Below are positions 53,849 to 64,000 of a stretch of 64,000 nucleotides of DNA, one piece after another. Within the stretch, counting starts at the first letter, position 1. Each line of letters begins with the position of its first letter. The stretch covers positions 139,500,001 to 139,564,000 of the forward strand of contig OZ024740.1 in the NCBI GenBank assembly GCA_964016885.1. The letters are read 5' to 3'. Both the position numbers and the translations under genes were made by a program. The DNA comes from Eledone cirrhosa (lineage: Eukaryota). The notes beneath the pieces were generated by a model. That model did not search any database and had not been told where the DNA came from. It worked only from the letters and a program-made list of their open reading frames with translations.

Positions 53849-54383
53849 CACACACACACACATGCACACACATTATATTCGCGCTGGCTTGAGGTATCTG
53901 GTCTTTAATGCGAAGAAATACCGATGATGGCCAGAAGATCACTGATGACGGATAGTCCTGGTTTCTTGCTCTATTTTTTAATTCATATGTATCACATTCG
54001 CAACAACGCAGCACGCCATTTTTCATTTATATATATATATATATATACGTACATTTATGAACACCGCCTCGTGATACATGAACTTCACCTACTTCAGTAG
54101 AACTCTACTAACATGTAAAGTGCATTGTGCTGATCATTGAGAGGATGAGTGTCTCAGTCTTCGTGGCACTGATTTCCATTCATGCCTTGCAGCACTCCGT
54201 AGAATAGCTATCAAGTACATGTGAGAGAACACCTTCCGACATGTTAAGTAGCACCACGTCTGCTGAAAATTCCAGCCGAATGATTCTGTATCAGACCGGC
54301 TCGACCTGAACAGAAATATAGAATGAGGGTGTTTGTTTCAACAAAGCTGTATACATATAAGCATGTGTATTTTTATATATAAT

Positions 54384-54563
54384 TGTTTCTACTTTAGGCA
54401 CAAGGCCAGCAATTACCCAATACATTACTGGTACTTTATTTTATCGACCCCGTAAGGATGAAAGGCAAAGTTAACCTCGGCGGGATTTGAACTCAGACTG
54501 TAAAGGGACGTAACTATGCTAGAAAGCATGGCGTCCGATCCTCTACCGATACTGCCAATCCAC
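54384..54563 (-). mobile_element. S1 SINE with TSD
   Basis: Full-length reverse copy flanked on both sides by TTTTTATATATAAT. Confidence 0.88.
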
Positions 54564-54628
54564 TTTTTATATATAATGATATACGGTATGTTGACGGTGT
54601 GTGTGAGAGAGAGAAAGAGAGAGAGAGA

Positions 54629-54694
<66 letters not shown>

Positions 54695-55067
54695 AATGCT
54701 TTTGACATTTGACACAAATGGCTCCGTAGTGATGTCTTCTCTTGGTCATTTTAAACCTGATGGAAGCCATCTTTCCAGGCCTGAATAGAACCGATTTCTT
54801 CCCAAATAGTTATAAAGGTGAAGTAAGAAAGTGATTTAGAGAATTGACCTCAATAGTGGACTGATACATTTTTTATCAACCTCAACGGAATTTAAAATCA
54901 GAGAGCAGACAGCCTTCTAACTGTTCACCACCTGTATATATATATATATCACTTAATCAAGCACGCTATGGGTCACCTTGAGCCAATCCTCTGCGAAACG
55001 CACGTAACAGGTCGATACGCAATAAATATTTTTCATATGTAAACGAGACTTCCTCGTTTTTTTCTAT

Positions 55068-55134
<67 letters not shown>

Positions 55135-55226
55135 GTACGTAGTGATGACGTCAGCATTCCAATGAAATGGCCTTGTTTCTAGATTGAAGACTATTTGTTC
55201 ATCGTGAGAAATATTTTAATCGAAAC

Positions 55227-55326
<100 letters not shown>

Positions 55327-55330
55327 CGTG

Positions 55331-55396
<66 letters not shown>

Positions 55397-55399
55397 TGT

Positions 55400-55431
<32 letters not shown>

Positions 55432-56204
55432 GTGCGTGTGTGTGTATTTTTTGTGTGAGTGTGTGCGCATGCGTGTGTGCATGTGTTTGTGTGTGTGTAT
55501 ACGCACCAATACTTGAAAGTTTAAGTCATTTGACTAAAGATCATTTGTTATACAATACCTCCAAACTTTAAATATTTAGTTTAGACGATACGGTCCATAT
55601 TGCCCCTACAATGTTTAAGTTATCTTTGAGTAGGTGTCAACTTAAGAGTGAGAAAATACCAAAATATATTCCGAGAGGTTTGAGTGGTTGAAACGATGTC
55701 GTGTTGATGATATTTCTGATGCTGATGATTAGTTTAGTTTGTTTTTTTCAGTTCTTTTTTTTTTAAATTCATTTATTTGTTTATTTGTTTATTTTGTCGT
55801 TGAGCAACTAACAGTATAAGACTCAAACCAACTACTCACCATTTCATCGTATCTATTGCTGGTGCCCTTTTTTTTGTTTCAGATGAATGGACTAGACTGG
55901 TGCAGCACGAAATAAAGTTTTTCCTAGGGGGCACGTGTTCCTACCCACCACGGTCCGGGAAAAGAACCCGCGATCCTATGGTCCTGAGCTCAACACTCAA
56001 ACCCCTATGTCATGCACCTTCATAGTATAAGTAATGCCAGCATATTAATAAACGTTTTTCTGTTACCTTCTGTATTCTTCTATAGCTGGGGAATCGTTAT
56101 AACATCAACAGTATAAATAAACAACGCAAACAAAGGGAGAAAAACAGAACGATTTTAATTTTGAAAAGGAACTCTAACGATGCGATGAGTACGATTTTAC
56201 AACA

Positions 56205-56680
56205 ATGAGGATTGCTCAAAGTAAGAATTGCTCAAGAAAAGAATTGGTCAGTGTAAGAATTGCTCAAGAAAAGAATTGGTCAGTGTAAGAATTCGTCAAT
56301 GTATAGATTACTCAATATGAAGAATAGCTCAATTTAAGAATTACTCAATGAAACGTTTCTCAAGGTAAAACCAGCGCAGTGTCCAAATTGATTATGATAA
56401 GAATTGCTTAATGTAAAAAATGTTTAAATATAAGAGTTACTCGAGTTAAGAATAGCTCAATGTATTTACACATTGTCAGGACAGCTCAATGCGTAATCAA
56501 TATATCAATTATGTAATGAAAGTATTAATTATTGTATGGATGACTCAATGTAAGAGCTGATTATTATAAAAACGGCTTAATGTAAGAGCTAATTATTACA
56601 TGTACAGCCCAGTATGAGAACTGTTCCAAGCAAAAACAGCTGAATGTCAGAACCAGCTCAATGTAAGTATTGATTAACAT
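56205..56680. repeat. Degenerate 16-bp minisatellite (AAGAATTGCTCAATGT)
   Basis: Many diverged units, one exact 32-bp dimer repeat, and a related patch at 58120-58220. Confidence 0.75.
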
Positions 56681-57196
56681 AAAAATGATGATGAGGATGA
56701 TGAGGAGGATGTTAGAACAAAATGCTGTAGTAGATTAGGGCTCAAACGTTCACATTTTTTCAGCATGCTGTCAATATTCTTGGGTGATCTATGTGGAATG
56801 GATGTAGATGTTTTGAAGAAGTATCCACACATTCTACTGTCCGAGATAACAATACAAGTCGATATGACGGTAAGAAATGAAGGGGGCCAGCGGTACGCAC
56901 TCCTTCATTCATCGATAGTCAGCCAAAGATGAATGGTCATGTAAAGTCTAGCAACAGTAATGGCAGTGCATGGACTGAAACGAGTAGGTACATATCTTTT
57001 TATATATTGTATGTATTGTATCACTGAAAACAAAAACAGTAACAATTATATATCATTTTCGACTTCATTGAAAAATAAATACTTATATATTAAGAAATTA
57101 TAATTCGACACATTGACAAGTCCTGGCCGAGTTGCCACTCCAATCCTTATTAACAAAAACCTTTACTGTAAGATATACATTATTTAACTGGAAATA

Positions 57197-57383
57197 GGGC
57201 GGTGGATTGGCAGTATCGATAGAGAGTCGGACGCCCAGCTTTTAAGCATAGAGTTACGGTTCTTTACGGTCTGAGTTCAAATCCCGCCGAGGTTAATTTT
57301 GCCTTTCATCCTTACGGGGTCCATAAAATAAAGTACCAGTAATGTACTGGGTAATTGCTGGCCTTGTGCCAAAAATAGAAATA
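57197..57383 (+). mobile_element. S1 SINE with 18-bp TSD
   Basis: TSD ATTATTTAACTGGAAATA at 57179-57196 and 57384-57401. Confidence 0.9.
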
Positions 57384-57529
57384 ATTATTTAACTGGAAAT
57401 ATATTTAAATAAATTATTTTCGACTTGGGTTAGCAAATAAATATATTTGACCACAAATTAAGTATTGGCAGAGATTCGAAACCGCCATCATTAATATACG
57501 TATATTATTTTTTGTTGAAGTGATATAAT

Positions 57530-57740
57530 GATTTCTTAGATAGGCACAAGGCCATCAATTTTGGGAGAGAGGAAAGTTGATTAAATTGACCCCAGTGAGT
57601 GACTGGTACTTTATTTTATCGACCCTGTAAGGATGAAAGTCAAAGTTAACTTCGGCAGCATTTGAACTCAGATCATGAAGAGCCGTAACTCTATGCTGCA
57701 AAGCATGGCGTCCGACCCTCTACCGATACTGCCAATCCAC
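57530..57740 (-). mobile_element. S1 SINE with 10-bp TSD
   Basis: TSD GTGATATAAT at 57520-57529 and 57741-57750. Confidence 0.88.
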
Positions 57741-58456
57741 GTGATATAATTAAAAATATAATTGTTTTCTGTTGCTGTTGTTTTTTAATTTCACTTAAGT
57801 GAAAAATAATATATTCAAATGTATCTAAAAATGAGGTTTCGATACCTGCTACGGATTAGGAAATAGTGAAAAATAATGTTATCGTATTTCAGTTAAGTCT
57901 AACATTATAAAATTATTTAGGTAAAATTTTTTAAATGATATATAATTAGTTTAATTTATTTGGTTTTGTGTAGTTTTTTTTTTTAGGTGTGGGGCTTCAC
58001 TTAGTTCATAAATAATATAGTTAAATGAATCTATAAATCGAGTTTCGATATCGGCCAGGACTTAGTGAAATAATTTTGATGATGGTGGTGGAGGTAGTGG
58101 TGAGGGTGACGATGGGGAATATGTAAGAACTAGGGATAAATCTAAGAAAAGCTCAATGAAAGACCAATTCAAGATAAGTATCTCTCAATTGAAGTCATTT
58201 AAGAACGACTCAATGGAATAGTTGTAGGTAGTAATTATATTTGGAAATATCAAAATATAAACAATGTTTCGAGGGATTTGAACAGTGTTTTGTAGAGTGA
58301 AATACGTCGTTTATGTTATTTACTTGCTACTAGTAGGGTGATAGAGATAGAGAATTGTTGATTTGTCTGTTCTCTTGTGAAAGGAGAGATTGTTTCGTTA
58401 AGAATTTTGGTAGGGAAAATTATGTATGCCTTGTTAAAGTGTGTCATGTGTGTATG

Positions 58457-58585
<129 letters not shown>

Positions 58586-59079
58586 CGTGCGTCTACTAAA
58601 TTCACTCGCACAGCATTGGCCAATCCAAGACTATAGTAGAAACACTTACCCAATGTACTAGACAGTGAAACTGGATCCGAAACCACACAACACATACACA
58701 CTGCTTACTTCTTACTAACTGAACACCTCTAAAGGGAGTTTCAGGCTTGAAACTGCAAATACAGTCATAGTTCATTGATGTTCTTTTCCTATTCACCATA
58801 TTCAGACTGTATATTAGTATATATGTATATGTATGGATATATATACAGTAGCAATATTATAAGTTATATATGTGTATCTTGTGTGGGTATCTCAAAGAAA
58901 TTAGATGAATGTTAACCTTTTTCTGATAATAGGGATTAGAGAAAGACAAAGATGACTGAGGTAAGTTTTATTGTTGTTAGCGTTTTTTTTTATTCCTTAT
59001 GGTGAGCTAACCTTATTGAGCATTTGGTGGTTGAATGTGATTTATGTAGTGGCAGTGAAAGAGCTCATTATTATTATTA

Positions 59080-59235
59080 GGTGGATTGGCAGTATCGGTA
59101 GAGCGTCGGACAAGCTTTTCGGCATATAGTTACCTCCTTTTACATCATGAGTTCAAATCCTGTCGAAGTTAGCTTTGTTTTTCATCTTTACTGGGTCGAT
59201 GAATTAAAGTACCAGTAATATACTGGCGTCGGAAT
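59080..59235 (+). mobile_element. Diverged S1 SINE; a decayed inverted copy follows at about 59255-59375
   Basis: A/B boxes and core are recognisable. Confidence 0.7.
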
Positions 59236-60362
59236 GCAATGCTAATAATAATTTTAATATTGACACAATGCAAAGCATTTTGGAGGGAAGCTATAATCAA
59301 TCAAATTAATCCCATTATCTGACTGCTACTTTATTGTATCGAGCTTGGAATAATGCGACGGGATTTGAACTCCGTGTGTAAATTTTGTCCGCTATTCTAA
59401 GGGATTCTACCATTACGATCTTGTAAAAGTTGATGGCAAAGTTGTTGCTAATGCTAATGGTAATTTTAGTTGGTATTTTCTAGGTAATGTTGCTATTGTG
59501 ATGATGAGGAGTTGGTGATATGATATTAGGAATGCTGGTGGTGTCAGTGATAATATTGGTAGAAAAATGTATATTTATAAATTATATAGTATTTGTTTTC
59601 AAAATATGGGGGTCTACTATTTGTGTTCATTTGTTTGCCTTTTAATCCATTTAATTCAGTAATCCAGAAATATCTGTTTCATATGCAAGAGAAAAGGGGA
59701 AAGGAGCCGATCTTTCATATTGGACCAAAATAACGATCTTTTTAATTGATAACACTATCTGCCTGTCGAAGCGTTACTACTTTTTTCCGTGACAAGAGTT
59801 TGGATTTGAACTCAGAACACTCTGAGTGGGAACAGTTGCAGCAATGTACCAGTCCAACTGAATTAAAAATTCTACGTAATCTACTACAACACGACTGTTA
59901 TTATATTTATAGTCTTCGGAAATATAAAAGGTAAGGTCGATCTTGGCGAGATTTAAACACAGAGCCAGAACAAAAAGATAATGCCTCCGCAATTTGGAGC
60001 AAATTTGAGCAAAAAAAAAAAAAAAATAGAATATGAAAGATGGAAAACGAAAAGCTGAGTACTCATTTGTTGTTGTTTTTGTTTGTGATTTTTTTTTTAA
60101 ATATAGCAAATTTTAAATAATATAAATATATCAAATTTGACATTTGGACAGTTTATTGAATAATAAACTCAGTCATTTTGTAACCCGGTGTGACATCTTA
60201 TGTCAATAAAGTTGTACTATTTACAATTTCATAAACCACCCCAATATATATATATATGTATATATATATATGTATGTATATATATATATGTATGTATATA
60301 TATATATATGTATGTATATATATATATGTATGTATATATATATAAATATATACATATATTTG

Positions 60363-60402
<40 letters not shown>

Positions 60403-60430
60403 CATATATATATATATACATAGATATATT

Positions 60431-60462
<32 letters not shown>

Positions 60463-60489
60463 CATATATACATGTATATATATATATAC

Positions 60490-60547
<58 letters not shown>

Positions 60548-60905
60548 TATTTACATTATAGTTTAGTTTATAACATAACTGGAATTCTTTTATAGTTTAA
60601 AACAGCTTTTACACTCATACACATACACACACCCATGTTCACATATACAAACAAAACATCATATTTTTACGTCCGTCTTTTCATGCTTGCACATATATAT
60701 GTATATGAATGTACGTATATATATATATATGAAAGTACGTATAGTATATTTGATAATATACTGTATGTTTATTTGCCGAGACCCAGGAAGTGACGTAGTC
60801 ACAACTTTAAAACTCATAGCGAATGGTCTTCAAAATGTTTTAAAATAAACATCAAATATACTATACGTACATTCACATATACATCGCTATTTCAGAGCAC
60901 CAATA

Positions 60906-60960
<55 letters not shown>

Positions 60961-61278
60961 TATAGGTATGCATATTCTATTATTTCTATATATTATCTTT
61001 TTATATCGATTATACATACCACAGGCTGCTTTTGTTTGCACGTGATTATACATATATATATATATATGGTTCGGGGGGGGGGGGTATTTATATATAAACA
61101 CGCTAACGTGCATACACTGTGTAGATTTTCATGGATAACAGATCTCAAATATCACAAATATTGGTATACCGCTCAAATAAACACGTGGACACACATAATA
61201 TCTGTACCATTTCAACGCCTTCTTTGTTGGAGTTATCAATATATATATAAAGTGTCTATATTACTACTGTTTGGATCC

Positions 61279-62331
61279 TCAGGATTCGTACTCTTGTTTA
61301 TATATTTTATGATATATATAAAGTCGTAATTTGTACAGAATATAATAAACAGACTGTTGCAAGGGTAATAAAATAAAGAATAAAAACGCGAGAAACGGTA
61401 GTGTTTTGTAAGGATAGTTCCAGTCTAACGTTCCAGTATATAGAACGTTATTCTTTTTGTCTTGTTCCCAGTAAATAATACTAAATATAAGGTAGCCAAT
61501 ACCGAATATGAATGGGTACATTATGTGTAGTAGACGTATTGGATAGGCGGCAATCACAATTTCGATTATCACTATCAAAGAGTTGATTGCATGGGTGTTG
61601 AGATCTTGAAAGGTGATAGATTGGCCATCTGTATAATTTTGTGGAAAGATGGTAATGAAATACATGCAGCTCACCATGACTGCGGAAATGGATGCTGTAT
61701 CAAAAAGCAGCCATGACACTTTCATAAACCAACGGTCTTTTTCTAACTTGACTACTAACTTTGGTTTGGCTCCTTTCATATCTACCACCCAGGAGATGTC
61801 TGTTTGGTGTCTACCTGGTAATGAACATCCGTACGTCAATCCTTTTTCAGTTTCCATCGAATGATCGTTGTCATTGCTGTCTAGCTGTATTGCAATTGGT
61901 TCCGAAGACGTTGCATTCTTCATATAATTTTCTTCGTCATGATTCGTATAATCATGATCATTATTGATTTTACTCGGAAGAGCCACAGTTTCCGAGTAGT
62001 TAACACAATTATTCATAGCATCTGCAATATGGCCGTTTTCCGTAGTTCTATGTGCTGTCAATGAGGAAATGCTTTTGTGCTTATTTTTACTGGATATTTT
62101 TTTCTCATGTGTCACTTTGTATATTTTATAGAAACTATACACTGTTACAAGTGCTGCAACATTGCAATGGAGTGCAAGAAGCAAGTAACTCCACGTTGTC
62201 AAATATACCATCGGGTTGTGCAATACCATTTCCGGTCCTGTCAACGTTACATAATGATTCACAAAGCTTGCGAATGTATATAAGGCTAGAACTACTCGGT
62301 AGAGGAGAAATGATAGATGCGGCCATCTCCA
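61279..62331 (-). CDS. Terminal coding exon (350 codons plus stop) of a rolling stone-like, FAR-17a/AIG1-type multi-pass membrane protein
   Basis: Motifs Q|WRW..FLLYR, YLTTWSY, HAINS, IRLLH..YP....GY..FS.IY and LY..TLDW, with several TM segments. A polypyrimidine tract plus CAG acceptor precedes 62331, so the 13 N-terminal ORF residues are intronic. Upstream exon(s) were not located. Confidence 0.85.
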   Translation of the reverse strand, partial: WRWPHLSFLLYRVVLALYTFASFVNHYVTLTGPEMVLHNPMVYLTTWSYLLLALHCNVAALVTVYSFYKIYKVTHEKKISSKNKHKSISSLTAHRTTENGHIADAMNNCVNYSETVALPSKINNDHDYTNHDEENYMKNATSSEPIAIQLDSNDNDHSMETEKGLTYGCSLPGRHQTDISWVVDMKGAKPKLVVKLEKDRWFMKVSWLLFDTASISAVMVSCMYFITIFPQNYTDGQSITFQDLNTHAINSLIVIIEIVIAAYPIRLLHIMYPFIFGIGYLIFSIIYWEQDKKNNVLYTGTLDWNYPYKTLPFLAFLFFILLPLQQSVYYILYKLRLYIYHKIYKQEYES

Positions 62332-62699
62332 CTGCAAAAGATAAAGAAAGAGAGAGATTTTAATATACAACGTTAAATAAAAATCTGAGAAATTAATTAT
62401 TAAATATTTTCCAAATTAATAAAATAAATGCACTGGTGAAAAAATAAAAAAGTCTAAATTCATTCATATTATTGGACACACCCATTTAACATTTTATTTG
62501 TTTTAATTTCATCTTCTTTTTCAAATTAATTAAGTTTATATATATTTATTTTATATAATACGCTGAAAAAAACTTTTTCACGCCCCTCTCTCTCTCTTTC
62601 TCTTTATATATAAATATGTAAATTGACAATATCTTCTTCTTCGTCCACTTATTTTTGAGAGGGCGGTGGTGGGGGGGGGGGGGGGGGATAGTCCTTCTC

Positions 62700-63310
62700 A
62701 AACACTCCTTCCAGCGAGTCTGTCAGAAGCAAACATCTCTAACTGATGCAGCTGGATCCCAAAGCGTGACTAGCCAAGCTCATGGATGTTAGTCCACTAT
62801 CTTGCTCAGGGTCTTCCTCTGGGTCTCTTGACGGTTGGTTTTTCCTGTAAAATGTGTCCAGCGATTCTTTACTGAGACATTCTAACCAGATGCTCATAAT
62901 ATCGGAGTTCTGATCTCTCAATTCGGAGAAGTAGCGGCTCTACCAGGAGTGACTCTCTGGTATCTGAGCTATGCACCTTATCGAGTAACGTTACTCCAAA
63001 GACCCTTCGGATGAATCCCATTTCTGCCGCTTTTATTTGCAATTGTATTCTTTTGGTCATTACTCAAGATTCACGATCCTCGGTAAGAGTTGGCAGGAAT
63101 ACCATGAAGACAGCGAGTTTGGCTTTTACACCTACCCCCTTCTTCTGATTGCTGAATACTGAGGCTGGCGCATTACTGCATCAGCTTTTGCAATTCTTGC
63201 ACTTAATTCAGCCTCCTGCATTCCATCACTCATTTACACGCCTCCTAGATACTTGAACTTCTCTAACTGCTTCAGTAGAACTCCATTCACATGTATATAC
63301 ATTTGAGGAA
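62700..63310 (-). mobile_element. Decayed RTE-clade LINE 3' fragment (intronic)
   Basis: MTKRIQLQIKAAEMGFIRRVFGVTLLDKV..DTRESL.VEPLLLRIERS.LR, typical of an RTE C-terminus. Confidence 0.75.
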
Positions 63311-63439
63311 TTTCTGTCCATCACACAATGTGTATGTGTGTGTAAAAGGAAGTAAAGGGATACACACATATATGTATCTAACTTAAAAACAGTGACACAC
63401 ACACACACATGTCCCTAATTTAAGAACACCGACAAACTC

Positions 63440-63960
63440 GCGCGTGCACATAAACACACTGTACTATTACCACTCAAGAGCTTTGGCCCGGGCAAACATC
63501 CCCTCAATTTTGGAACTGTCTGGGTTGTCCAGAATTGATGGGAAAAGACTTGACGGTCTTACTCTGTGCTCCTGGTCAAGAGGCAGGTGCCTTACCAGGG
63601 ACGTCACAGTTAGTGACTCTTTTGCTTCTTCCCATATCCTGGATGTAGCGGTAAGGGCGAGAGCTACAGCATCCGCAGCTGAACGGAACAAACTCCTAAA
63701 ATACCGTGTTCTGTGAGCTAACTACATTATCCAGCCTGTTGCGTTCGAGACATTTGGGGGAGTCGGGCTACTGACAGTGAGGTTCATATCTTCACTGGCG
63801 GCTCGCCAAACAGAAGTAACTGGTGATGCTCGTGAGGGCACTTGGTTGTTCCAGCACCTCAGCCTCGCTATCACCCCAGGTAACGCCGCGAGCGTGCTGA
63901 CCTGCCTCAAAAATTATTAGAGAGGTTTCCTAGTGCTCCCCGCTATATCGCTATCTTTTG
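63440..63960 (+). mobile_element. CRE-like non-LTR 3' fragment (restriction-like endonuclease domain)
   Basis: GLSRIDGKR.DGLT..SW..GRCL..DVTVSD, AERNK..KY, then PVAFETFG after a stop. Confidence 0.75.
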
Positions 63961-64000
63961 CTCTGGTAGCATCTCGTTTTTCCATTCTTTCCCCTGCATA

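Noticed and set aside
56205-56680. CRISPR-like array
   Set aside because: Contiguous degenerate units without unique spacers, in a eukaryotic context with no cas genes.
62332-62370. N-terminal 13 residues of the 363-aa ORF
   Set aside because: Non-ATG start; this is the intron polypyrimidine tract and acceptor.

Overview
AT-rich, microsatellite-saturated animal DNA. The SINE types and repeat landscape suggest a cephalopod, probably Octopus; this is an inference. There is one host coding segment: a large terminal exon of a rolling stone-like (FAR-17a/AIG1-type) multi-pass membrane protein on the minus strand at 61.3-62.3 kb. The rest is mobile DNA: a decayed Ty3/gypsy element with a clear -1 frameshift signal, two tandem Tx1/L1-clade LINEs in (TATC)n, two tandem R4/Dong-like elements in (TAA)n, a Penelope-like GIY-YIG element in (TA)n, RTE and CRE fragments, many tRNA-derived SINEs and a few MITEs. 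Two patterns stand out. First, several short non-coding elements, often fold-backs, sit in or beside (TA)n tracts and carry type I hammerhead ribozyme motifs, some with covariation or core variants. Second, each microsatellite class appears to be occupied by its own retroelement family. All structures were read by eye, so boundaries are approximate.
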